Shown in pieces: positions 1-11,900 of a DNA stretch of 64,000 bases. The notes under the pieces were generated by a model. That model was given only the letters and a program-made list of their open reading frames with translations, was not told the origin of the DNA and did no database searches. The stretch lies in assembly GCA_002633005.1 (NCBI GenBank), contig NMRA01000242.1, positions 408,868 to 472,867 on the forward strand, given 5' to 3'. This stretch comes from Phoronis australis (lineage: Eukaryota > Animalia > Phoronida). The translations under genes and the position numbers were made by a program. Positions within the stretch are counted from its first letter, which is position 1. Every line of letters begins with the position of its first letter.

Positions 1-335
1 TAACCAATTGGGTCCTGGCCATCTCCCAAAGGGAGGGTGGCTGCCAAAAGGTACTACCTCTCCTTCTACACTTTACCCCCCCAAAATTGGGAGATACATT
101 AATAATATTTTTTCTATGACAACAGTGTGAAGATTCGATGGGATGTGTGTTGTGTAATGTCTGATTCTCATTTGAAAAAAATCTATCCCCCTACACACTT
201 ATTATAACCTTGGACAAATAAAGTATTGCAACAAATGCTCAAATGGAGTAAAAATTTTCGATGCTTGCTTTCTGTAAACAAGAGCTACGTGGAGCGTTGA
301 AATGCATCCACGACTGCAATGTAATTACAGTACAG

Positions 336-450
336 CCGATTTCATAAAGGTGGTTTAAAGTTAAACCTGCTTTAAAGTGGTCTTAGATCAGGTTTAAAGA
401 TAACCAGCATTTCATAAAGGTGGTTTAACGTTTAGACCATTGATCTAGTA
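336..450. repeat. Possible terminal fragment of a PIF/Harbinger-like non-autonomous element
   Basis: atttcataaaggtggtttaa occurs twice (339-358, 409-428) with short palindromic repeats between. No partner TIR found. Confidence 0.3.
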
Positions 451-701
451 AAACTACAAGTCAACGTTGTCGTGCTCGTAAAAGATGACTGGTTGAGTAG
501 CAACGGATTTGTGAAAAGCTGCCTTGCGAAAACTTTGACGTCTACTTTTCGAACAAATTAATTTTGATGCTTTGCTCCGATGATTAGTGACTGCTTTCGT
601 GTAGACATTTTGTCTCAGTTGTTGCACTTTCGATTGAGTCGGCATTATTTTGGATTTTGTGTTTATCAGCGAAGTTTCACCGCTTTCTCGGGGGAGTGAA
701 G

Positions 702-1023
702 TTACTGCAGGCGCAACTTGTTGTGTTTTGATTTATTATGTTTATGTATTTTCATTGCTCGTGTTGTATATTTGAAGTCCCCCACCTCAGTCTTGGACAC
801 GACACGAGGTACTGGCATTTAAAAGCACTTTTCCCGCCAGTTCTATTCACTCGAATTCTTATCTGTGTGTAATGCATTGCATTCTTTCGTGTCCCTAGTT
901 TTGGTATTTTCGCACCTTGTAGGCCTACTTTCACCGTATTTCTCTCTTCGTTTTTCATGTCGAGGGTTCTGGCGTTGTTCGCTGTGACCTTGAGATTGCA
1001 GTTCATAAATCAGTTAGTTTCTT
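702..1023 (+). repeat. Dispersed repeat, copy 1 (unclassified)
   Basis: Colinear with 55799-56184 (ttactgcaggcgcaa...ggtactggcatt...ggcgttgttcgctgtgacctt..gattgcag). Confidence 0.75.
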
Positions 1024-2147
1024 GTTCCTACATTTTGGTTATAACTGCCCGCGTGGTGAAGACGTTCATGGTGCTGACTCACAAGAGTAGTCACGTGACA
1101 CTGTTTTGGCAAAATAACCGGATGTTTAGCATCTTCTGACAATTCATTGTGTAAATTTACAACCTGCAATCTGCTACCCCCACACGCTCATAACACACGT
1201 ACAATTACTCAAAAGTTTTGTTTTTCTACTTTTGTTAGTGGATCACTTCCTAAGTCAACAAACTTCATAGTTTGATGGTAAAAGCCGTATGTATCTTTGT
1301 CGGCGGACAACGACAGGGTGGCGGGGGGGGGGGGGGGGGATGGCTCCTCATATTTTTCAAAATCTTGGTTATAGTTCTTCAATTTACAAAAAACACACAC
1401 GAAAAGCCTGGGGCAAAATTCTAGGAGAAAATTTTGAATTCGTGGTACCGAGATTAAAGAAATCGAAGTAGAAAGTTGTCTATTCCCTATAATAATTATT
1501 ACATGTTGTGGAGACCTGCAGTAGATTTTCCCTCTACTCGCTAATTGTTCACTATTTTCAAATCCAGTAAATGTAATATATTAAGAATATAATAATAAAT
1601 GAAATGCATATCAAAAAAGACAAATCATTTAGATTTGCTTACTACGATGTTATTTAGGCGGTGCTGTTACGAAACAACATCGCTAAAACCAGAATCAACA
1701 AAATTGTATGAGCCACAAGCAGACGCGAACATGATTTAGACTGTGTGAAAGAGAACCTTTTGGATAAGTGTGTGCGATATGTGAAAAAAAAGAAAAGCAA
1801 TTTCCTTCATTCAGTTATGAAAATGAAGAACTCAAGACTCCGCCCCTGTCAGGCACATAGTACAGCAGAAATAATAAGCAATGAGGTGCAAAGAGGAATG
1901 CAATATCAGGTTTTTTTCTTTTTAATCACAACATTGTTTATTTCTTTTTAATTACAACATTGTTTTCACGAACTGTGAGCAAGCATTGCTGTAGTGTCCA
2001 CGAGCAAGTCAGTATCAGAGGCCGAAGCACATACTTGATGCAAACATCTTTCACTTGGCAATGTTCTTCGAAATAACTCCAGATTTTGGAACTTCGAAGA
2101 TGTGATTATGGCAAAGCAATTAGAGCGAAAATTGAGCAAAGTTCTTG

Positions 2148-2345
2148 TCAGAATATCGGATGCATCTTGTAGTCCATCAACTCGTCTTCACGATGGTTCA
2201 TCTGTATCCACAGTCTTGTTGCCAGGGATATACACGCTGGTACTCGGGTCCCAGGTACCCAGGGTGGTGTGGAAAGAGTGGAGAATCGGTCTGTCGGGGA
2301 GAGCGTCGCCCTAGACGAGAAGACGAGGTCAGATTGAATACACAT
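2148..2345 (-). CDS. Putative last coding exon of an uncharacterised gene
   Basis: Acceptor ttaattacaccag| at 2346. The phase-0 frame (MCIQSDL...HPIF*) fits the upstream exon's phase-0 end. An alternative frame (CVFNLTS...DCGYR*) is also open. Confidence 0.35.
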   Translation of the reverse strand: MCIQSDLVFSSRATLSPTDRFSTLSTPPWVPGTRVPACISLATRLWIQMNHREDELMDYKMHPIF

Positions 2346-2851
2346 CTGGTGTAATTAAGGCAAAACTCCTGCACATAAGTACGATAATAAGTTAGCCATA
2401 TTTCAGTAAAATGATGCAAGACAACGGCAGCAGTGACAACGCCTACGACAAACAAAATATTTTCATGTTTTGGTCAGTTTGGAGATATTGAAACGCAGCT
2501 TTTTTGCCGCATTGTTATTTTCAGTTAAACACTAAGAGCTGGAGGGCTTACGAGTTTGAAGTTAACCGTGATAAAATTCCTTAACTTTAATCCTTATCTA
2601 TTGCACTTCATGTGCAAGATATCTAGCAAAATAAAAGCAAGACCTTATCTGGTGAAGCAGACGGTCAGGCTTTCTAGTAATGTAACCCGGTTAACGTTCA
2701 ATAACGCTAGGTGCTCGCTTGGACCTCGCTAAAGAAGCAAGACTTCACGAGATATTGCCATGAATTTTAAATGAGAACACAATGGTAATTTTTAATAGAT
2801 TTTTCTAGCCTCGAGACAGCTACTGAACACTAACCTGATACCTTTACCTAC

Positions 2852-3009
2852 CGAAAATTCTAAAATAGATTTTTTAAAATCCCCGACTGTAGTACACTGA
2901 CGCTGTATCGCTCCCCACATAGTGGGAATGTCAACGTGACCGTGGCTTTCTTTTATCAACCCTAATTGTCTCGACGAGCTCTTTTTAGTCACACCTTTTG
3001 TCGATTTAC
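2852..3009 (-). CDS. Internal exon of uncharacterised gene (GKSTKG...SILEFS), copy 1
   Basis: Acceptor attcttttaaacatttttcag|, donor tcg|gtaggt, 158 bp, phase 1 to 0. The only difference I saw from copy 2 is synonymous (TGT/TGC). Confidence 0.55.
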
Positions 3010-4329
3010 CTGAAAAATGTTTAAAAGAATATTGAGCAAATAGCAAATAACTCGATCACCAATGTTAAATTGGAGACTTAAAACCAAAGTCAGCGAACAA
3101 AAAGATTATCAGCATTCCTTTAAATTGGAATCCTGTCAATAATCACTGTTATCGATACAAAATGGAGAATGCGAAAAACACCCATTCTAGTTATATTCAA
3201 CACCGTAGGAAGTAGCTGGGGAAGTGACAAAACTTTGGTTGTGACCGTGACCGTGTGGGGAAGCGTTGGCGTGGGAATTTTGAAACTTATGGTGGGGGAG
3301 GGGGATGGGGCAAGTTTGGCAAATTTGTCTGAGCCTACAGTAAATTCTACCTTCCGTACAGAAAAGCATTTACTATGCTCACAAGTTCTAATACGACCAG
3401 GAAGAACTTCGCCCACTAGTAGTGAGAAAACGTGACGTTGTTCGTAGCAGAATGCCATTATACAAACGCCAGAACCTCACGAAGATCACGCAACACTCCA
3501 CGAGCTAAAATTGACATATATTGCAAACGAAGCACATAATCACGCTAGCTTCCTTAGTCAGATTCTTGCGTCTTCGGAACCGTTCAGTCGAGGAAATGGT
3601 CAAGTCCATTTTATGATTTTAAACAATTCAAAAAGAAACTAACAAATCAGAACTTTTTGTAATGTGTTTCCTCGCATTAATATTGTGCCTCACTAATACA
3701 CGTAGTACATCGCTTTACTTGGCAAAACATGGACAGTTGGTTCCGGTCTGTGCTCATTTTGAAACCTCCCACAATGAACAGTTCCGACTAACGCGTGGCA
3801 ACTAAAAATAACCAACCACCGAATCAATTTTCAAAAAACCCATAGACTTGGGTGAAGTCTAATCTCTTTACACGAAGTCGAACTTGAAATTACTTTTTAA
3901 CATCAGTTAATCGTTCTGCTTTATTTTGAACTCAAAAGTGTCTGTTGTTCTGGAAGCGAGTATATTATGCTTCACCTTGATTGTGTAATTCTATTTTAAA
4001 CTTGATGACCCCACCACCAAGCTACTAATTCTAATATTTCGAGAGTGTACACGAAATCTCGAATTTTTGCTTGAAATCTCGCGTTTTATTCGAGTTAATG
4101 GCACTAATCTATGGTCATCAAGCTGTGGGAATTTGTACTACTACACACTCGTTCGAAGCAAACCATACTATACTCAAACAAAGAATAGTAGACAATTATC
4201 CTGAGTTCGTATGGAAAATATCAAAGGTATTTTCGATTTCGAGCAAAAACATGAGACCCCGAGTCTAGAAGCATTTATTCTTTTTTGCCTTATTTGGCAA
4301 CAGACACAACACAGCTACTGTAATCTTAC

Positions 4330-4506
4330 CAGATTTAGCACCAGCATTTTGTGAAGAACCCGTAAATGTTTTCTGACGAAATATATCCGGGTTTCTCAAT
4401 TCATAATCTAAAGCTGTCAGCTTTATAAGTCCTTTCTTGGGCACAGTGGCCGTGGCCGGTTTATACTCTTGTTTTGTTTGTGGCCTGTCATTCGAGTACG
4501 ACATGT
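4330..4506 (-). CDS. Internal exon of uncharacterised gene (MSYSNDRP...AGAKS), copy 1
   Basis: Acceptor cacacctag|, donor tctg|gtaaga, 177 bp, phase 1-1, only one open frame. The only difference I saw from copy 2 is synonymous (AAT/AAC). Confidence 0.55.
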
Positions 4507-4643
4507 CTAGGTGTGCATTGTGAACACCAGTGTATTGGCGCTGAAATCATAATAGACAATATTACAACAACAAAAAGGAATGTCAGGTAAATGTTATACT
4601 AAAATGTAAACATGTACATAAGTGTGCACTTAAAAGATCAAAA

Positions 4644-5265
4644 NNNNNNNNNNNNNNNNNNNNNNNNNNNNNNNNNNNNNNNNNNNNNNNNNNNNNNNNN
4701 NNNNNNNNNNNNNNNNNNNNNNNNNNNNNNNNNNNNNNNNNNNNNNNNNNNNNNNNNNNNNNNNNNNNNNNNNNNNNNNNNNNNNNNNNNNNNNNNNNNN
4801 NNNNNNNNNNNNNNNNNNNNNNNNNNNNNNNNNNNNNNNNNNNNNNNNNNNNNNNNNNNNNNNNNNNNNNNNNNNNNNNNNNNNNNNNNNNNNNNNNNNN
4901 NNNNNNNNNNNNNNNNNNNNNNNNNNNNNNNNNNNNNNNNNNNNNNNNNNNNNNNNNNNNNNNNNNNNNNNNNNNNNNNNNNNNNNNNNNNNNNNNNNNN
5001 NNNNNNNNNNNNNNNNNNNNNNNNNNNNNNNNNNNNNNNNNNNNNNNNNNNNNNNNNNNNNNNNNNNNNNNNNNNNNNNNNNNNNNNNNNNNNNNNNNNN
5101 NNNNNNNNNNNNNNNNNNNNNNNNNNNNNNNNNNNNNNNNNNNNNNNNNNNNNNNNNNNNNNNNNNNNNNNNNNNNNNNNNNNNNNNNNNNNNNNNNNNN
5201 NNNNNNNNNNNNNNNNNNNNNNNNNNNNNNNNNNNNNNNNNNNNNNNNNNNNNNNNNNNNNNNNN
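4644..5265. other. Assembly gap (622 N)
   Basis: Run of N. Confidence 1.
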
Positions 5266-5571
5266 GCTTACGAGTTTGAAGTTAACCGTGATAAAATTCC
5301 TTAACTTTAATCCTTATCTATTGCACTTCATGTGCAAGATATCTAGCAAAATAAAAGCAAGACCTTATCTGGTGAAGCAGACTGTCAGGCTTTCTAGTAA
5401 TGTAACCCGGTTAACGTTCAATAACGCTAGGTGCTCGCTTGGACCTCGCTAAAGAAGCAAGACTTCACGAGATATTGCTTGGTAATTTAAATGAGAACAC
5501 GTCGGTGATTTTTGCAAGATTTTTCTAGCCGCGAGACAGCTACTGAACACTAACCTGATACTTTTACCTAC

Positions 5572-5729
5572 CGAAAATTCTAAAATAGATTTTTTAAAAT
5601 CCCCGACTGTAGTGCACTGACGCTGTATCGCTCCCCACATAGTGGGAATGTCAACGTGACCGTGGCTTTCTTTTATCAACCCTAATTGTCTCGACGAGCT
5701 CTTTTTAGTCACACCTTTTGTCGATTTAC
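5572..5729 (-). CDS. Duplicate of exon 2852-3009
   Basis: Same splice sites and identical peptide. Confidence 0.5.
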
Positions 5730-7051
5730 CTGAAAAATGTTTAAAGATTATTGAGCAAATAGCAAATAACTCAGTCACCAATGTTAAATTGGAGACTCAA
5801 AAACCAAAATCAGCGAACAAAAAGATTGTCAGCATTCCTTTAAATTGGAATCCTGTCAATAATCACTGTTATCGATACAAAATGGAGAATGCGAAAAGCA
5901 CCCATTCTAGTTATATTCAACACCGCAGGAAGTAGCTGGGGAAGTAACAAAACTTTGGTTGTGACTGTGACCATGTGGGGAAGCGTTGGCGTGGGAATTT
6001 TGAAACTTAGTGGTGGGGGAGGGGCATGGGACAAGTTTGGCGAATTTGTCTGAGCCTACAGTAAATTTTACCTTCCGTACAGAAAAGTATTTGCTCTGCT
6101 CACAAGTTCTAACACGACCAGGAAGAACTTCGCCCACTAGTAGTGAGAAAACGTGACGTTGTTCGTAGCAGAATGCCATTACACAAACGCCAGAACCTCA
6201 CGAAGATCACGCAAGACTCCACGAGCTAAAGTTGACATATATTACAAACGAAGCACATAATCACACCAGCTTCCTTAGTGAGATTATTGCGTCTTCGGAA
6301 CCGTTCAATCGAGGAAATGGTCAAGTCCATTTTACGATTTTAACAATTCAAAAAGAAACTAATAAGTCAGAACTGTTGATAATTTGTTTCCTCGCATCAA
6401 TATTGTGCCTCACTAATACACGTAGTACATCGCTTTACTTGGCAAAACATGGACAGTTGGTTCCGGTCTGTGCTCATTTTGAAACCTCCCACAATGAACA
6501 GTTCCGACTAACGCGTGACAACTAAAAATAACCAACCGCCAAATCAATTTTCAAAAAACCCCATAGACTTGGGTGAAGTTTAATCTTTTTACACGAAGTC
6601 GAACTTGAAATTACTTTTTAACATCAGTTAACCGTTCTGCTTTATTTTGAACTCAAAAGTGTCTGTTATTCTGCAACAGAGTATATTATGCTTCACCTTG
6701 ATTGTGTAATTTTATTTTAAACTTGATGACCCCACCACCAAGCTACTAATTCTAATCTTTCGAGTGTGTACGCGAAATCTCGAGTTTTTTGCTTGAAATC
6801 TCGCGTTTTATTCGAGTTTATGGCACTAATCTATGGTCATCAAGCTGTGGGAATTTGTACTACTACACACTCGTTCGAAGCAAACCATACTATACTCAAG
6901 CAAAGAATAGCAGACAATTATCTTGAGTTCGTATGGAAAATATCAAAGGTATTTTCGATTTCGAGCAAAAATATGAGACCCCCAGTCTAGAAGCATTTAT
7001 TCTTTTTTGCCTTACTTGGCAACAGACACAACACAGCTACTGTAATCTTAC

Positions 7052-7228
7052 CAGATTTAGCACCAGCGTTTTGTGAAGAACCCGTAAATGTTTTCTGACG
7101 AAATATATCCGGGTTTCTCAATTCATAATCTAAAGCTGTCAGCTTTATAAGTCCTTTCTTGGGCACAGTGGCCGTGGCCGGTTTATACTCTTGTTTTGTT
7201 TGTGGCCTGTCATTCGAGTACGACATGT
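7052..7228 (-). CDS. Duplicate of exon 4330-4506
   Basis: Same splice sites and identical peptide. Confidence 0.5.
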
Positions 7229-7900
7229 CTAGGTGTGCATTGTGAACACCAGTGTATTGGCGCTGAAATCATAATAGACAATATTACAACAACAAAAAGG
7301 AATGTCAGGTAAATGTTGTACTAAAATGTAAACATGTACATAAGTGTGCACTTAAAAGATCAAAAATTGACTAAAACAAAAAAACTGCCGGTAAAAATAC
7401 AAAGCCTAAATAGCAAAACAACACAAGAGTGCTTCAATATAAGATTTCATACCCAAATCGATAAGTCCTTCTAACACGTTGTATACCTCCTTCAAAGATG
7501 GCACTAGATATTTTGAATGCAATAAAAGACAAACCGTCTCTTAAAAAATGTATAAAGCCGTAGTCAAGGTGCATCTATATTAGTTCACTTTTGCCGTATC
7601 AGCTCAACAATTCATGGTGCTGGGGGTACCCAAAGTAAAAACAGCGAATTCCTAACATTCGCAGCAAATGATTTGAATGAGAATCGTAATAGTTTACACA
7701 CATGGCAGATACACGCTGTTTTTTTTAATTTTCGAGTCCGGAATAACATTTCTTTTGTTCTTGGACGAACATAGAGAAGTGGACAGTTTTAGCTCCAGTT
7801 CACGTGACCCAGACAAGCAGACGGCAACATCGATAGCTAACGACTTGATAAGTGTGAGTAAAAATGTGGATAAAAACCTGCAGACTAAGCGGAAGTAGTT

Positions 7901-8192
7901 AGGGTGAGTTCACATATTACGTCACCAAAACTTTGCCTATATACCCTCAAACTCTCCTGTCGAGCCTAGTTTCGACATCATCACTGCCGACCCCCTGGTC
8001 TCAGTTTTGTAATAGTCAAAACCCTTAATAAGTCGCGGAATCAGTTTCCCACGACATGTACCGTGGTGGAGATATTCTAATAAACCACACGATATGACGT
8101 CACCACAAGTCTAATCCCAAGCTCTATCAGAAAAATCGCAATCTTTTCTACCCCACCCTCTCGAGCGATGATGTAATATGTGAACGCTCACT
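7901..8192. mobile_element. MITE (~290 bp), PIF/Harbinger-like
   Basis: Imperfect ~26-bp TIRs: agggtgagttcacatattacgtcacc / gatgatgtaatatgtgaacgctcact. Confidence 0.6.
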
Positions 8193-8259
8193 TTTCAAGC
8201 TTGCGCTTGCTCAGATACACACGTAGTGGTGTCTAATTTTTATGTCATATTTGCCATAC

Positions 8260-8436
8260 GATGTATGGTGAGTAGTACATGCGGACGCTCGAGTGCAACG
8301 CGGACAAATTGTTCTCGGGTATCTCGTAGTGTTGTCATAACTTTAGACTTGTGGCAGAGGATGTGTTTTCTTTGCCCTTGTGGGAATTCACTTTCATCAG
8401 ATTCACGTGGTTTAAGTGGCACAAAACCAAAGGTTT
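8260..8436 (-). CDS. Putative internal exon of uncharacterised gene (ETFGFVP...LLTIH)
   Basis: Acceptor tactttttttgccaag|, donor catc|gtatgg, 177 bp, phase 1-1, compatible with exon 7052-7228. The AAG acceptor is weak. Confidence 0.3.
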
Positions 8437-8734
8437 CTTGGCAAAAAAAGTATAGGTTTAGTCCACGTATCGTCATAGAATTGGTTTTCTCTTGTTTCAT
8501 ATTTTATTTAGCAGTGATGTCAGGGCTCAGCCGGGAAGAACTCAAAATGCTCACCATTTCTTCAGATTAATTATTTAATAAGCTCATAAAATTTTTGGCC
8601 GGCCGTGACTTGAGCTCTTTCCAAAAAAATTGTGATACAAACATTTCTTACAGGTAAGTGGTCTGATTTTTTCACGGAAAGCATGGGTTTAATGTCGCTT
8701 TCATCATTTGAATGTGAAAATTCACTTGTAATAC

Positions 8735-8995
8735 CTCTAAAAATGGTGCGCTGTCGGCCGACATCACTTGCCGCTTCAAGCTATTCCTACCCCCTCTTGA
8801 TGCAAGAGAACCTCCCATAGAGGGACAACTGACGACGCTCATGGCGTCAACAGATTTGACGTCCAATCGGGGAAGTTCCTGATCGTGAGGGCTTGATCTT
8901 GAGAATGTAGTTCGCGTCGAAGCGCGACTGAACGCCGGCTTCACGAACGTGTCGCTGCTCGAGTAGGAGCGTCCATGAAGTTCAAAATGTGCCAT
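8735..8995 (-). CDS. Putative first coding exon of uncharacterised gene (MAHFELHGRS...)
   Basis: Relatively GC-rich open frame starting at agaATGg, with an upstream acceptor tttgtatatacag| at 9236. The donor is ambiguous (gag|gtatta after 8735 or ggg|gtagga after 8791). Confidence 0.4.
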
Positions 8996-11900
8996 TCTGA
9001 GAATCCTGATCCACCTCTGTTCACTTTTCAAGTGAATCAACGACGAACATCATAGATTATCACACAGGATATGCATTGCTGCCCGAATGATCAATTTAGT
9101 TACTAACGGGTCCCAATAACGTAAACCTTCTATTCATCTGTTCTGAGTTAATCCATGCGTTGTTGATCAACCTGCCGTCTTCTCATTCCGATTGAGAATT
9201 GCTGTGTTGGTGCATTCTCGCAGCATTCACGTCATCTGTATATACAAAAATAGAGTTCATTGTCAGTGCATATTTAATTAAAAACGATTCCCTATAGAGC
9301 AAGAATGACGTGCTGAAAGACTACAGCACGGGCGTTTCATACACTGTCTTACGAGTACAAGACAATTAACAATTATTTCATCAACAATTACTACATCAAT
9401 GTCATCTTGTGTTACTTCAAGACTTGCACACAACAGAACCACAAGACTAATGTATTAAACTTTATTTTCTATCTATTCTTTGGAGCATTTTGGCGAAATA
9501 TTAAATGCACTTTCCACCATATTTTGCGCTCCACTAGTGAGGAATTATATACTTCTGAAATCAACGAAAACAACGTAATAACAAAAAAGAAGTAACCCAT
9601 GCAAATAGCCTTTTTGTCAGTCAAGTCTTATGTGTAGTGATTTTCATATTTGATTACACATCCAGCATTGTCACAGCGATTACCTGTGTTTAACTGCAGT
9701 AATGTAACCGAACTTTCAGCATGCCAGTGTCAAGTAAGAAAGTCACGTTCGTGCCTAATATCAAGTAGCGCCGCATCCAATTTACAAGTATTCCTGCCCA
9801 CATACCAATAACGACAATTTCACACAACCACGAATCTAGAAGAGACGACTAACTCTCTTAAAAGATTTCATTGTCTTTTCGTAAACACATACAGATATTT
9901 TTAGGTCTATATTATTGTTTGGCAAACAAGAGTTAAGAGTCGAGATTTCGTGAACTGAAGTGAACAATCACCGTCGGCCAATAAGCATTGAAATGAAACG
10001 CAATGGTCTTTTCCTGTCAGCCCTCACATTGTGTGAACACACTTATTGAGAAACAGGCTCGCTGGACATTCCATGCGGTTGCTATTGAGCAGCCTGAGGC
10101 CCCACGTCAATATATGTACAAGGATATTAATTCTTTACTCACGGACTTTCACATCTTGGTGCACGTCGAACTTTTTGCAATATCTAGCACACTTTTTAAT
10201 GTAAAATCAATTCCTTTACACACGCTCAAGCAAAGTAGCCTGTGCCGGCCCCTGACGGCATGCCAGGTCTTCATCACTTATTTAGTCGATCTGTCGTAAA
10301 CCAAAGGTTTTAACGAGAAAGTGGCCACGCCAAATTACCTGGAGACTATTGCGGTAATGAAGGTGTAAACTTGTTGAAGGTTTCGTATTGCATCTGGTTT
10401 TCAATCAAGTAAACTTAGTTAACACATGAGGAGTTTGTTTCACTAAAAATTCACAACTTAACAATCATTTCAGCTTGCTCGTGCGTTCACACCTTATGCA
10501 ACTGTTTTCTAAAATAAGAAGCAAGTGTAACACTGAGGGCCACACCTCTTAAGCTATAATTAAGGCTTAAATTTCGCGATTTGCAGTGCTTTAGTTGCTT
10601 TTCGTTTGTTTGTTGTTTAATTTAGAGTGCAGTATGTTTTAAATTATCTTCGTGGTTTCCGGTTTTCCAGAGGTGCTCTAGAATCACACACGATGTGGTT
10701 TTCCAAAATTGTTGCTGTAAATGAACGTTTTTCGCTCTCTCCTATGAGACAATCTCCTCGCTGTCCTCACAAAACGTAACATTGAGTTCATGTAAACAAA
10801 CCATTGGTACGGATGTAAAAACTATAAAACCTATCAAAACGCAGCACTTCTAAAACTGTACAAACTGGCACCCTCTATCGTTGACAACGCTGCTCTGTCC
10901 GCGTCTTAAGCGCTTTGTGAAATTTATCAATCCAATGGCCCTCACTTCTTTATACAAAACGGTGTGCAACATATTGTAATGAGGGAAATATGAAAAGTTC
11001 TGCTGACTCGACAAAATGTGAATCCCAGAAACGAACAATCCTATCCTAAAAATAGCATACTGAGTGATTGTCCACTAGGGAATCTTATGTACACAACACC
11101 TTACTAAAATGAGATATTGGATTAACGTATCCGACAAGTCAGATTCATGTCTTTGATGGGTCTAGAGGTGCCCTGGAGAGGTGTGATAAAAAGCATCCCA
11201 CTTGTAGTTACCAACAGCGGCCCACTCAAACATTAATATTCCTATGCAATCAGTTAAGCAGTATGCAATTGCGAAAATACATTTTGAAAATTGATGTACT
11301 AACCGACATCACATTAAAGAATTTTCTTATCAAGATATGCGAAATGATGGCTCAGAGGGTGACACCGTCCTTATCGTTTAGGCACTGCGCATGTCAGACA
11401 AATGGTCTCACTTTTGGAATAAAATTTTCATGGGAACTCAGTGGGTCTCAATGGTCATATAATTGTCAATCATTTTTATCATGTTTTACATTTGAAAAAC
11501 TTTGACTTACCGAAGGCCTACTCGCACTAACCCTTAATTGCTGAACCAAACACGTATACTTCAGCAACTCCATAGATCCGTTTTGAATGGTGATGGCACG
11601 AGTCCGTAGGCGGGTACAGACTAATGGATTTTAGACAAGGAGGCCTCAGCGTGTTAAACTTACCCAGACTGATAACACGAGGCTGAAATCGCTGCGAAGG
11701 CTTCACGGTGACACATTTACCGACTACATTTACACTTTGTCCTGAGGAAAGAACAGGTTAGTATATAAAAAATCACCTTATTGCCATGCTGTTGTTGCCA
11801 ACAGTTCGCTGGAAGGTCGGTGTTTTCACATAACAGCTTTTATATATCTGTTCTCCACAGGCAGCTATATCCACAGGTATCAAGGCAGCGACCAGGCCGA

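Larger units (their letters stand above)
2546..4643 (+). repeat. 2.1-kb near-identical duplication, copy 1
   Basis: Colinear with 5266-7365 across its length with scattered substitutions and 1-bp indels. Both copies abut the N gap. Confidence 0.95.
5266..7365 (+). repeat. 2.1-kb near-identical duplication, copy 2 (probably the other haplotype)
   Basis: Starts exactly at the gap end with gcttacgagtttgaa (= 2546) and runs to the equivalent of 4643. Confidence 0.95.

Noticed and set aside
3120-3458. 112-aa Pro/Thr-rich ORF as an exon
   Set aside because: The duplicate copy has a 1-bp frameshift and many nonsynonymous changes here.
4612-5304. 230-aa ORF
   Set aside because: Almost entirely the N gap.
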